A DNA stretch of 64,000 nt, taken from contig OX597815.1 in assembly GCA_951406725.2 (NCBI GenBank), positions 6,510,001-6,574,000 of the forward strand. Direction: 5' to 3'. Each line of letters starts with the position of its first letter. Position 1 is the first letter of the stretch. The position numbers and the translations under genes are program-made. Below, one piece after another: positions 28,223 to 40,509 of this stretch. The notes beneath the pieces are model-generated. The model did no database searches. It was not told the origin of the DNA and saw nothing but the letters and a program-made list of their open reading frames with translations. Origin of the DNA: Octopus vulgaris. Lineage: Eukaryota.

Positions 28223-29829
28223 TTAGTTAGTTAGTTAGTTAATTTGGCTCAAAAGCAGATAGCAAGGCCATGTAGGGGGACATGGAGTTAAGTACAGGGT
28301 GGTGTTCATGTAAAGAGTTCAGGCCACCTGAGGTCCAGGGAGGCTTTGAACAAAGCGGTCGTCGGCATCTTCACCATCTCGTCTGGCAGCTTGTTCCACG
28401 GATCCGCAACCCGGACGGAGAAAGCTCCTCTCCTTCGATTGAGATGAAATCGTCGCAGGTAGAGCTTTTCGGAATGACCCCGCAGCCGACGCTCCGGAGC
28501 AGGAGTGAAGAACAGCTCTTTCGAGAGGTTACACTTCCCGCTTGTGATGTTGTGGGCGAGAATGAGATCACCACGGCGGCGGCGTTTTTCAAGAGAATAA
28601 AGGTCGAGCGTCCTCAGCCTTTCTTCGTAGGACACATTTTTGAGACCATGAACCAGGCGGGTAGCCAGCCTCTGGACTCTTTCGAGGTGCTGTATGTCTT
28701 TGAGGAGATAAGGAGAAGAGGCTTGAATCCCATACTCCAATATAGGTCTCACCAGCGTGACATAGAGTGGCAGGAATATGGCTGCTGTGAGCATTCCGAA
28801 TGACCGTCGAATCAAAAACAGAATTCCGCGCGCTTTGTTGGCAGCATGGACGCACTGGGCCGAAGGCGAAAAGGAGGAATCCACCAAGATACCCAGGTCC
28901 TTTACCTGATCGGTCCTCTCCAGCAGCAGACGACCCGGCTCGAAATCAAGTTGAGTTGCAGGAGTAGAGCCGACAGGCAGATGACAGCACTTTGACACGT
29001 TCAGACACAGGTCCCAATCGTTAGACCACTTCCAAATTTGGTGGAGGCATCGACGAAGATCCTCTATACTACCGCGAGGAGCGACCAGTTTGATATCGTC
29101 GGCAAATAGAAGGGTGTGTTGCGTGAGGTCGTCGGGCAAGTCATTTATGAAGACTAAGAACAACAAGGGCCCAAGCACTGAACCTTGAGGCACGCCACTG
29201 CTCGCACTGGAGACGTCGGACCGCGAACCAGTAACTTGAACTTGGAAGGAGCGATCTGAGAGGAAGGCACCAACCCATCGTACAATATCCGGATGGAAAC
29301 TATATGCTTGAAGCTTGACAAGTAGTAGGCGGTGGTTTACCGAGTCAAAAGCTTTGGCAAAGTCCAATAAAACGATGTCAACAGCATCACTATCATCGAG
29401 GATGCGCGTCACCAATTCTTCCATTACTAGTAAGTTGGTCAAGCATGATCTCTTCGGCACGAAGCCGTGTTGGGAATCAGTGATCGAGGCTGTGTTTAGG
29501 AGGTGGAGCATCATACTTTTCTTAAGGATGGTTTCGAACATCTTGCTGATTATTGATGTAAGGGAAACCGGTCGGTAGTTAAGCGGGTCTTCGCGGCTCC
29601 CTTTCTTGAAAATTGGGCAGATTATCGCTGTTCTCCAGTCTGCAGGTATAACACCCGTCGCCAATAACATATTGAATAGTCGTGTTAAGGGCTCGCAGAT
29701 GACCGGAGCCAACGCTTTGATAACCCGTGGGTGTATGCCGTCAGGGCCGTGACCCTTGTTGACATCGAGGCCTTGAATAACACGTTTGACTTGGTCCCGC
29801 GTGATGATCAATCGAAGCATTGGAGGTAC
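28223..29829 (-). mobile_element. 5'-truncated CR1-clade LINE with a (TAAC)n tail
   Basis: Contains the RT ORF, a short 3' UTR and a TTAG repeat at 28223-28240; interrupts SINE C. Confidence 0.93.
28306..29820 (-). CDS. Non-LTR reverse transcriptase (CR1-like ORF2, N-terminal endonuclease missing)
   Basis: GPDGI, NYRPVSLTS, QHGF, LDFAKAFDSV, GVPQGSVLGPLLF, FADD, KDLG, LVRPILEY, LERVQR motifs; 504 aa without a stop. Confidence 0.95.
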   Translation of the reverse strand: MLRLIITRDQVKRVIQGLDVNKGHGPDGIHPRVIKALAPVICEPLTRLFNMLLATGVIPADWRTAIICPIFKKGSREDPLNYRPVSLTSIISKMFETILKKSMMLHLLNTASITDSQHGFVPKRSCLTNLLVMEELVTRILDDSDAVDIVLLDFAKAFDSVNHRLLLVKLQAYSFHPDIVRWVGAFLSDRSFQVQVTGSRSDVSSASSGVPQGSVLGPLLFLVFINDLPDDLTQHTLLFADDIKLVAPRGSIEDLRRCLHQIWKWSNDWDLCLNVSKCCHLPVGSTPATQLDFEPGRLLLERTDQVKDLGILVDSSFSPSAQCVHAANKARGILFLIRRSFGMLTAAIFLPLYVTLVRPILEYGIQASSPYLLKDIQHLERVQRLATRLVHGLKNVSYEERLRTLDLYSLEKRRRRGDLILAHNITSGKCNLSKELFFTPAPERRLRGHSEKLYLRRFHLNRRRGAFSVRVADPWNKLPDEMVKMPTTALFKASLDLRWPELFT

Positions 29830-30470
29830 GGTGGTGATCCCTGCTGTACTCTTTCACCACAACTTTCTCTCACTCTTACTTCCTGTTTCTGTTGTACCTG
29901 TATTTCAAGGGGCCGGCCTTGTCACTCTCTGTGTCACGCTGAATATCCCCGAGAACTGCGTTAAGGGTACACGTGTCTGTGGAGTGCTCAGCCACTTACA
30001 CGTTAATTTCACGAGCAGGCTGTTCCATTGATTCGGATCAACCGGAACCCTCGTCGTCGTAACCGACGGAGTGCTTCCATCCATTATGACACTGGCCTAA
30101 GGTCAGGTATGTGGCGCATCAGCTCGGCATATTTCCTCGCTGTGTCCTCAAATTTGAAACTAAGTATACGGTCCTACAAACCTCATATAGACTGATGGAA
30201 TGGATATATCTCCTACACATAGACCAGTGCTACATCCCGTTCTTCCTTTGGGATCATAAAAAATACCCTTGTATTTTTAGAGTTGCGAAGATATGCGGCC
30301 TCGACCTTGCTCGCCCTTGGATAAAGACATCACGTGGAGAAGCGTCATCCTTTGCGACGTAGTTTTTTTTTTCTTTTGCTAGGTCACACATTTAATTCTT
30401 CTTTATAACTAGTAATACTAGCGAAAGAATTGGTGTTTCCGTTTGTATTACTCAAAACAACACTTTTAAC

Positions 30471-30813
30471 TAAAGATTATTTGTCAACATAACATGGCAG
30501 TCCTGATTTAGGACGAATGTTGCTGTAATTTAGCCCCAGGAGACATCATCTCCAGCTGGCTACACAACACGATCTGTGTCCTTATATTTTCAAACAAGGG
30601 AATCTAGCACCACCACCCCCACCCCCCACTCAGCTCAAAATTATATCTGTGTATCGCAATTTCTGGGTTATTTCCTTTCATCAGCACAGAATAATTGTTC
30701 GGCTAGAGGTGGCGCTGCCAAATTCCAGCTGGAGACGATGTCTCCTGGGGCTAAATTACAGCAACATTCGTCCTAAACCAGGACTGCCATGTTATATTGG
30801 CAAACAATCTTTA
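30471..30813. mobile_element. Fold-back element with about 89-bp inverted arms and a hammerhead motif in the spacer
   Basis: 30471-30559 matches the reverse complement of 30725-30813 with about 5 mismatches. Confidence 0.8.
30646..30690 (-). ncRNA. Type-I hammerhead ribozyme motif
   Basis: Minus strand TCTGTG-CTGATGA-aaggaaataaccca-GAAA-ttgcga-TA-CACAGA: 6-bp stem I, intact core, weak stem II, near-palindromic stem III. Confidence 0.7.
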
Positions 30814-31762
30814 CTCCAAAGTACTGTTGCTGAATATCTCTCGTCGTGAGATTTACAAATAGTAATGTTCTAACAATTTTAACAATCAAATTTAGTGTCT
30901 TTACTTCTTTTGAAAAAAAGTGGATGTGTTGTTGTTATTGTTGTGTGGGGGCACGCAAGCGCAAGACCGTCCTGTCTGGCGAAGCTGCATCAACAGAAGT
31001 GCCACCCTTACGAACAGAACAAGATTCTAGGAGTACAAAGAAAACGTGGACTCCACAAGTCCAAGGCCAACTCCTTGCCTTCAGTCCCAACAGACCGTCT
31101 GTGGCCGGTCTGCGCCAGAGCCCTTCCGTGAATGCAACCAGGCACAACATCTTCTTCTCTCATGTGATGTGATGTCTTTGGTCATCGTCGACAACGAATG
31201 ACGACTAAAAATAATAGAGGTATCGTACAATTTGTTCAAATTGAAGTTTGAAACGTTTGAATATCATCAGATTTAGACATGTTTTTAGTACAATATATCT
31301 GACTGCTGTAAAATCAAATTAAATTTCTTTTCGTTTTAACTTATTATTTTTCAGCTCTGCGTGAAATTTCCAATTCGTTTTATTTCTTTGAGGAGGTGTT
31401 TTTCTGTCGGGAAGCCATCTTTGGTTAGATGTTATCAAAAAAACAGAAGAAAAATATAATTATGTCAAAAAATGTTAGACCTTATGTCTCCCGAGGTACA
31501 GAGGCAGACGATGAACGCGTTCTTGAATCTTCTGAGTTGAAAAACATCCAAAAAGGAATTTTCTGTTTTAGTTGTTCTTGGTAAAAATCCAAAATTCTGG
31601 GAGTTTTCTACTACGTCTGTACAAGGAAAACATAACAACAACAACAATAATAATATGTCTGCCTTTGTGTTGTCCCCCTCATCCGTCGCCCTGATGCAAA
31701 TTATAGAAAGCATTATCATCATCATCACCATCATTATCATGACTGATGTTGTTGCTGTTGTA

Positions 31763-31819
<57 letters not shown>

Positions 31820-31822
<3 letters not shown>

Positions 31823-32400
31823 TAGTTTTATTTTTATAGCGTGCTTTCACTTCACTACCGAGCGCAGCTCTGTTGTGCCTTGCGTATGTGCTGTGATTTG
31901 TTGTGATGCTCTGATGGTTATTGTATGGAAAGTGTTCTGCGTAAGATGTGTGCAGTGCCTAGTAGTGCAATTTTCTGTATGTTATATGTGTTTGTAAGTC
32001 CTGGTGTTTTTGTTATGTATCTGTCTGAATATTTTTTTATCATGCCTAATGCACCTACTATGATAGGAATTGTTTCTGTTTTTAGATTCCACATTCTAGT
32101 TACCTCTATTTCCAGGTCTTTGTATTTTGAGAGTTTTTCCATTTCTTTTAGAGACACGTTGTCATCAGCCGGTATTGATACATCAATTAGAAAACATTTT
32201 TTTCTTCATGATCTCTGACAACTATATCTGGTCTGTTGGCCTTAATTTCTCTATCTGTGTGTATTGGCATATCCCATAGTATGGTTGCTTTCTCGTTTTC
32301 TGTGACCTTTTCTGGTGTGTGCCTATACCATCTTTTTTCTGTTGTTATTCTATAAGACCAGAAGCCATGAGAGCCACTGTCTGGTACTGCATCAGGGCAA
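31820..32400 (-). mobile_element. R4/Dong-clade fragment within (TAA)n
   Basis: WYRHTPEKVTENEKATILWDMPIHTDREIKANRPDIVV and EKLSKYKDLEIEVTRMWNL..IPIIVGALG; one frameshift. Confidence 0.88.
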
Positions 32401-32420
32401 GTTATTATTATTATTATTAT

Positions 32421-33012
32421 TCTATGTTTGACTTTTGCTTTACATTCGCACAAGCTGGCTCCAAGTCTCACCCAGAGACCTCAAGAGACAAAAAATTGGA
32501 AGTTCGTGTTGGTGTTATGCCTAGGATGCCATATATTTGGTTTTGTACTTAGTGTTGTACTAGTGAATGTCTAAAAATACATACGAAAATTATGATTGTT
32601 TTAAAACTTGAGACTACATAGAAAGTATTTTGCGTAGCATATGAGCAGTTCCCATGAGCACTATCTTTTGAATTTCTGCCATTTTGGGGTTTTGGTATCT
32701 GAGTTAGGTAGCAATCAGCCCTTTTTGCTATCATTCCCAGGGCACCTATGACAACAGGTATTGTTTTAGTCGTCAGGTTCCACATTTTGCTGATTTCTAT
32801 TTCAAGATCTTAATATTTGCTCAGTTTCTGGTAGGCCTTGACAGATAGGTTTATATCGATTGGGACAGTCATGTCAATGAGGAGGCATGATTTTTGTCTG
32901 AAGTCTTTCAATATGATGTCTGGCCTATTCGCATCTATCTTTCTGTCAGTTTGAATGGTGAAGTTCCAGAGGAATGAGATGTGGTCATTTTCAAGCACTG
33001 GAGGTGGTTTGT
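32421..33012 (-). mobile_element. Second, divergent R4/Dong-clade fragment, head-to-tail with the previous one
   Basis: LENDHISFLWNFTIQTDRKIDANRPDIILKD..CLLIDMTVP and MWNLTTKTIPVVIGALG. Confidence 0.85.
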
Positions 33013-33569
33013 GTTATCATGGGGCGGCGAGCTGGCAGATCCGTTAACATGTCGGACAAAACGCTGGGATACATTTTGTTTTTCTATCTCAGTATGTTTT
33101 AAGTTCACAATCTGACATGCACCAACTTTGCTTTCATCGTTTCGGGGTCGACACAATAAAGTACCTGTCAAGCACCTACCGCCGAATCTATTCCAACACT
33201 GTGTCTATTGTTGGAAGAATTATAATTGTCGTCGTCGTTGTCTTCGTCGTCGTCGTTGTAAGACGGGATATGTAAATTTCGTATATACCTTTTCTTTATT
33301 AATTACCTCTGGAATTCTAAATTTTCTGGTCTTTGATATCAAATTTCAGTTTTCAACCAGGATGTTGTCAGGCCGTTCATGTTAGGTTTCACTTTACCAC
33401 TAAAAAAGGATAATTTGTTAATAATTTTGTATTTACGTGTGGGTTGGGTTCTATTTTGTTGAGGATTGGCGTAGGAGTAGCTGTGTGATAATTAGCTTGC
33501 TTACCAACCACATGGTCCCGGATTCAGTCCCATTCCGTGGCACCTTGGTCAAGTGTCTTCTACTATGAA

Positions 33570-33832
33570 ATTAATGTGCAAGTGGCTGAGTACTCCACAG
33601 ACACGTGGAACCTTTATGTAGTTCTCGGAGAGATTCAGCGTGACACGGTGTGTGACATTGCTGGCTCCCTTTGAAATACAGGTTCAACTCATTTTTGCCA
33701 GCTGAGTGGACAGGAGGAGCAACGTGAAAAAAAAGTGTCTTACCGAAGGGCACAACGCGGAGCCAGGAATCGAACTCACGGTCTTATGATCGTGAACCGA
33801 CTATTCTAACCACTAAGCTACACGCCTTCACC
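33570..33832 (-). mobile_element. SINE with family E-like head and family C-like tail
   Basis: Reverse complement: GAAGGCGTGTAGCTTAGTGGTTAG..GAGTTCGATTCC..AAGACACTTTT..CACGCTGAATCTCTCCGAGAACTAC. Confidence 0.75.
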
Positions 33833-34521
33833 ACACATACACACAAACAGTCGCACACACATGTACGCTAAAGAGAGTGATTGAGAGAGAGGGGGAGGTA
33901 CATTACAGATACATACAAACATAAGTAGATACTCACACAAATAAACAGAGTAAGAGATGAAGGAAGCACGAGAGACATTAAAACGTAAGATGTCAAATAA
34001 GTCAGCGTTGAATTAGCGACGCCAAAACGGCTGCGCCAAAACGACTGCGCCAAAACGTCTCATATTCACAATTCACAGTGTGCTTTCATCTGTCTTTAAT
34101 TGTCCGTTCCCATTTTGTTGGATTTATATCCTTTGATTTTCATGTGCCAGCTATAGTGTTACCTGTCATATGACAGGTAATGGGGGGAACACACTTTTGC
34201 CACTGTTGGTAATATCAGTTAATGTTACATCTGTAATTAAGTAATTGTTAAACAGTAATATTGTTATTGACAATATATATTTATTGCAAATACACAAACA
34301 AGATGTTTATCTTAATCTAATTCAATTCTAATTTAATAAATACATTTATTTTGAAAATTAATATTCATTTCATGAATATTGATTCACCATGGAATTTGAA
34401 AAAAAAATGAAATTACAATAAGTGAAACAGTATAACATGTCCTGATATTACCCCACACTGTCTGAACTATGTTCACAACACGTCGTATGACTAATTTGAG
34501 TTTGGAATATAAGATAATATT

Positions 34522-34940
34522 ACTATTTCTTTACTGCCTACAAGGGGCTAAACACAGAGAGGACAAATTAAGACAGACAAGCGGATTAAGTCGATTACAT
34601 CGACCCCAGTGCGTAACTGGTACTTATTTAATCGACCCCGAAAGGATGAAAGGCAAAGTCGACCCCGGCGGAATTTGAACTCAGAACGTAACGGCAGACG
34701 AAATACCTATTTCTTTGCTGCCCACAAGGGGCTAAACATAGAGAGGACAAACAAGGACAGACACACGGATTAAGTCGATTATATCGACCCCAGTGCGTGA
34801 CTGATACTTATTTAATCGACCCCGAAAGGATGAAAGGCAAAGTCGACCTCGGCGGAATTTGAACTCAGAACGTAGCGGCAGACGAAATACCGCTAAACAT
34901 TTCGCCCGGTGTGCTAACGTTTCTGCCAGCTCGCCGCCTT
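34522..34940 (-). mobile_element. SINE family B with two tandem body units and a TSD
   Basis: ATATAAG(A/T)TAATATTAC on both flanks; internal junction at about 34707. Confidence 0.92.
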
Positions 34941-36157
34941 ATATAAGTTAATATTACATTCAGTTCTATTACAGCTAAATGAGGAAGGAATTGTAGAACT
35001 GAGATTTAGTCATGACGTTTTGACATTCTGGTCTGAGTTCAGTCCTACCAGGGATGACTTCGCATTCCCTGCTTCAGAGATCGATAAAATATAGACCCAT
35101 GTTAGTTCACTGTCGGCTACCAGGTCGCTAACACTTGTTTTTTCCTTTTCTCTACTTCTGTTAAAAGTCAGGATATTCGCTGCCTTCATTTACTGCCGAC
35201 AGCCGAGACAACAACATCGACATTTTCCCCCACTCCCATTCAGGTTACCACCACCATGTTCAAAATATTCCCTATATGCTTAAAAGGCAAGGCATACTGT
35301 CCCCTTCGTTAGATGCTGATTGCCAGGTTGCTAACCCTTCGTCACCCTTTGTTATTTGCAGTCAGTCAATTTCTTTATTAACCATGAAGTTGGGGGAAAG
35401 AGGGGACGATAGGAGGACAGACAAAACAAACATTGGGGTCAGGGTATCGAATGAGACGAAACGTATGAATAAACAAACAATTAAAATATATACAATTAAA
35501 TGAGAATGAGTGATTTACAAAACATCGCGACTATGACTGTCCCTGACTTTGGCCTGACTTGATAACCTTCCTCCATTCTGGTCGGTTTTTCGCTTCAGTT
35601 TACCATTTATTAGGATCCATTCCTTTACGCTTCATATTCTTTTTTTTTTCAGTATCTTTGAATCTCAGTCTAGATCTCCCATGGCTTCTTTTCCTCTTTG
35701 CATTGTTGGGAGTAAAGAAGTCGTCTGGTTAGTCTGCTGTTGTCCATCCTGTGTACTTGTTCCAACCAGCGCAAATTTTTGGCAATGAAGATTTCCATCC
35801 CAACAGGCATTCTCTATTCTCTGATAAAAAACAAGACGCAATTTTGCTTGATTTCCTGCCAACAGCCAAGTCCTGCCAACATCTTCATCGTTCTTTACTC
35901 TCAGCTAAAAGACACCATCGTCCTTCACTTGCCGCCTACAACCAGGTCACCAGCAACATCTCTCTTTACTCACCATTTAAAGGCAGGTGAGATCCCACAC
36001 CACTGACTGCTGGATCAATAACTACCTTCATCTTTCTCAAATCTCAATTGAAGAGCAACAACACAAAAATTACAAACTCTGGTTGCAATGTTATTATCAA
36101 TCCGAATATATTTGATGCACGTTCGAACTGGGGAGCAAGCTTTTCGTTGCGTTTTGT

Positions 36158-36387
36158 CATATATTATTGCGGCTTTTTTTACAACAAATTTTATTCAACA
36201 AAAACAATAACAACATTTAACAAAAACTTCTTTAAATAACGGTCTGACCGTCTGCCAAACAAATGGAAAGAAGTCATTGAAGTAGATGGTGAATATGCTC
36301 TGGAATAATCACTTAAAGATGTTTTTGTTACATAGTGTTATTGCATTTGTTGAAGAAACAAGCCGCAATAATTATGCACCAACCCAA
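36158..36387 (+). mobile_element. Mariner MITE, copy 1 (left TIR eroded)
   Basis: Right TIR GCCGCAATAATTATGCACCAACCCAA followed by TA; internal GLTV/LPNKWKEVIEVDGEY-like transposase end. Confidence 0.8.
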
Positions 36388-36429
36388 TATAAAATGGTGA
36401 TGTACTATTTGACCAATGTATTTTATATA

Positions 36430-36680
36430 TTGGGTTGGTGCATAATTATTGCGGCTTTTTTCAACAAATTTTATTTAACAAAAACAATAATATTTAACAA
36501 AAACACTTTTTTAAATGACGGTCTGATCGTCTGCCAAGCAAATGGGATTCCATAATTGAAGTAGATGGTGAATATGCTCCAGAATAATCATTTAAAGATG
36601 TTTTTGTTACATGTTGTTATTGTTTTTGTTGAATAAAATTTGTTGAAGAAACAAACCGCAATAATTATGTACCAACTCAA
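36430..36680 (+). mobile_element. Mariner MITE, copy 2, TA-flanked
   Basis: TA-TTGGGTTGGTGCATAATTATTGCGG ... CCGCAATAATTATGTACCAACTCAA-TA; Hsmar1/MADE1-like TIR. Confidence 0.88.
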
Positions 36681-36783
36681 TATCTCGCTTGTTGACAAAT
36701 GGTGTGTGTACAGCTAGATCAGCTCGCAGTGCCACCAAGACTGTGAGATGCTAGCATTTTGGAGTAGTTATCTCCTCATTGGA

Positions 36784-36965
36784 GATACTAGACAGATACT
36801 AGACAGACGATACTAGACAGACGATGCTAGACAGACGATACTAGACAGACGATGCTAGACAGACGATACTAGACAGACGATGCTAGACAAACGATACTAG
36901 ACAGACGATGCTAGACAGACGATACTAGACAGACGATGCTAGACAGACGATACTAGACAGACGAC
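36784..36965 (+). repeat. 14-bp minisatellite with alternating A/G variant (28-bp higher order)
   Basis: GATACTAGACAGAC / GATGCTAGACAGAC alternate. Confidence 0.95.
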
Positions 36966-37305
36966 GCTCCATACCAATAGTCTCCAAATTCATCGTAAAT
37001 AGTTTCCATGGCTTCTTTTGGTTCGTCCCCAAAATAAATATCACCCAAGAACTGCAGTGTTTGAGCTTCCCTCGATCATAGCATCTGACCTTGTGCCAAT
37101 GTTACAAATCGATAATATTTTAATCAATAACAAGGCTTAAATTGATTGACTTCCTTCCGTGAATCAAATTATTACATTAGATGTCGTATTCGATATAAAC
37201 ACCCATGATTGGGTTTAATTATAAAATCTATAGCCATAAATATAATGTGTATGTATGTATGTATGTATGTATGTATGTATGTATGTATGTATGTATGTAT
37301 GTATG

Positions 37306-37406
<101 letters not shown>

Positions 37407-37512
37407 TACATACATATATATATATATATGTATGTATGTATATATATATAGGATATATATATATATATATATATATTATTATACAATTATAAATATACAT
37501 GCGTGGATGTGA

Positions 37513-37553
<41 letters not shown>

Positions 37554-38442
37554 CGTCCTATGTGTTGAAGCTAATATCATTTGATCACATAAATTATATT
37601 TGAAGTCATGAAACGCGCCTTATTATCTTGCGATGACATAAACGATATAAACTACGTGAATCGAGTGTTTGAACGGATTTTTATGATGAGCGCAACATCA
37701 TCGTAGCTCTTGCCTTTATTATCGAGGTATAAACGGCACCAGTGACTCATCAAAGAGCATCAAGAGAACTATCGAGGAAATCATTGAAGCTTCACTCTAA
37801 ACTTCATCGATGAACGCCATTTTGAACTCAACACCAAAATGAAAAACAAAAAAAGAAACCAGTTGTAGAGGTAGTTCGCTGCAAGTGTGATTCTCAGCAG
37901 CTAAACACGTAGTTGGTTTGTGTTTAGAAGGTGTTTACTGATGTGCAGTATGAGAGCGAATAGAAGGTTTGTATTATCATTGTTGTCTTTCATCCTTTCG
38001 GGGTCGATAAGATAAGTACCAGTTGAGTACTGGGGGGCGGAGGTCAATATAATCGACTAGCTCCTCCCTTAAAAATATTCAGACCTTGTGCTTGCAGTAT
38101 TCTTTTATTCTTCTATTTTTTTATTTGTTCCAGTCATTTGACTGCGGCCATGCTGGAGCACCGCATTTAGTCGAGCAAATCGACCCTAGGACTTATTCTT
38201 TGTAAGCCTAGTACCTATTCTATCGGTCTCTCTTGTCAAAATTGCAACATGAAATGAAGTACTGTACTTAAAACACTCAATGAACAGCCCGGTCCGATGA
38301 CACGAACCTACGGCTTTATGATCGCGAGGCGAACAGCCTTAACCATTGGGCCACGGACCATCACAACATACGTGGGTATTTTTTGGTGAGAACAATACTC
38401 TTCTGAAGTTCAAAAAAAAACCACCCGAGTCATCACCACCCT

Positions 38443-38702
38443 CTTTACTTGTTTCAGTCATTTGACTGTGGCCATACTGGAGCACCGCCTTTAGTCGAAC
38501 AAATCTACCCCAGGACTTATTCTTTGTAAGCCTAGTACTTATTCTATCAGTCTCTTTTGCTGAACTGCTAAGTTGCGGGGACATAAACACACCAGCATCG
38601 GTTGTCAAGCTATGTTGGGAAGACAAACACAGACATACACATACAGATATATATATATATATATATATACATATATACGACGGGCTTCTTTCAGTTTCCG
38701 TC
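38443..38702 (-). mobile_element. SINE family A, 5'-truncated (another tail at 38120-38232)
   Basis: Family motifs. Confidence 0.85.
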
Positions 38703-39689
38703 AACATAATCTCTACCCTCGCCATACGAAACTAGGATACATCCTCCAATGTCAAACCAATGCTTTCCTTTCCATTCGAAACCATCTTTTCCGAATCAAT
38801 CTCATACGTTTCTTTAACGTGAAACTGATGTTTACTCTCTCATATCTCCCCTCGCTATACGAAACCACTTTCTCCAAATCAATCTAATTTTGCCCTCGTT
38901 ATTTAAACTGCATTGTCCAACATCAAATTAATATCTACCTTTGCTATAAAAAAAATGTGTCAAAGCCATCAGGAGGCGTCGATGCTTCCTAGGGCTAAAC
39001 AGCGGTGGTGTAACCCCCTACTGTCACGTTCACGTTAGATTGACAGTATACAACCATTCTATCGCCCCACCACCGTACATATCTCTATGAGAGATTTAGA
39101 AATTTAATATTTCTGATTTTGCTATAATATTCTCCCTAAACTCGGACTAATGTCTTACTTCGCCATACGAAATTAATGTCTTCAACATCAAGATAATGAC
39201 CCCGCTCGCCATACGAAAGTAGTTTAACCAACGTGAAACTGCTTTCTGTTAATCAAACTAATTTCTTCTCCAGTCAGAGGTGCAGGAGTGGCTGTGTGGC
39301 AAGAAGCTTGCTTCCCATCCACAAGGCTCTGGGTTCAATCTCACTGCGTAACCCTGTAGCCAAGTGTTTTCTACTATATCCTCGGATCAACCAAAGCTTT
39401 GTGGGTGGATTTGATTGATGGAAACCTGTCGTGTACGAGGTGCGTTCAAAAGTACCCGATTTTATTTTTCCCCGCCAAAACTAATGTCACGTGGGCAAAA
39501 TCTTTTCGATGTAGCTGTTACGCCTAGAGTACAGACATAAAGTGCGCGCTCGTCGGACGACAGAAACAAGCAAATGATAATAGAATGAAGATACGAAACA
39601 GCATTTTCGAGCAGTAAATTCATGCACCCTCGCTATACGGAACTACTTTTATGTCTATAACGCCAGGCTTGCTTTCTAAACTTTCAGGC

Positions 39690-39739
<50 letters not shown>

Positions 39740-40509
39740 ATATATATAGATATATATATGCCGTTTTCTTATTGAAATTAAAAGAAACGAGTTAGTTTTG
39801 TAACTCGAGTTTCATGCCACAGCGAGCACCAGGCGAGTGTTGTGGTGAGTGACGTTGCCTAGTAGTGCAGGTGTTGCGCACACGATCATAAGGTCGTGGT
39901 TTTGACCGTTGTGTTCTTGAGAAGAAAGACACTTCATTTCATGTGACTCCATTCCACTCAGCTGTAAATGTGTGAGCGCAGCGGTGGAGTGGCGTCTCGC
40001 TTAAGAAGATTGTTGTGATCTCAGTCACTTATACGCCATAATGTTTCCCACCTAACCAGCAAGGTTACAATTCAATTTAATCATTCCAAGGGCCTATAAA
40101 TGTCTTGCAAACAACTTGCACATGCAAGTGCTACCAGTCAAAAGCGCCGTATACCGGAAGCCAGCAAGTGTATGGGGTCATCAGGAGAGAATGCGCGCCG
40201 TTTCGGGGCCTACCTCTCGACGGCATCAATGCGCACCGGCCCCCCCCTCACTGATATGAGGCCCCGCTTGCTAGATCAGCTGGTTATAAAGTTAAACTCA
40301 ATATCTTTCTAGCCATCGCTCATCGTCTCTTTTTAACCAAATCCAGTGGCTAGCCTTCTCCACTGTAGATTGGATATCAGTCATGGTGGTATTGACTTTA
40401 CCTTTAAGGGATGTTTGCATCCTAATTCTCCGGTTTATACCAGTCTTCAGTGAAAAACTAAAGACATTAGTTTTGCATTGATGGATGTGGGTATTTAAAT
40501 TATTAATGA

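Larger units (their letters stand above)
28086..30082 (+). mobile_element. tRNA-derived SINE family C split by a LINE insertion; 11-bp TSD
   Basis: Head 28086-28222 and remainder 29830-30082 reassemble into the element seen intact at 44819-45200; ATTATGACACT at 28074-28084 and 30083-30093. Confidence 0.92.

Noticed and set aside
34159-34180. Perfect 22-bp palindrome TTACCTGTCATATGACAGGTAA
   Set aside because: Real but isolated; probably part of a decayed DNA-transposon end, and no function can be supported.
40178-40260. CTGATGA and GGCCCC-GAAA on the minus strand
   Set aside because: Order and pairing do not give a hammerhead.
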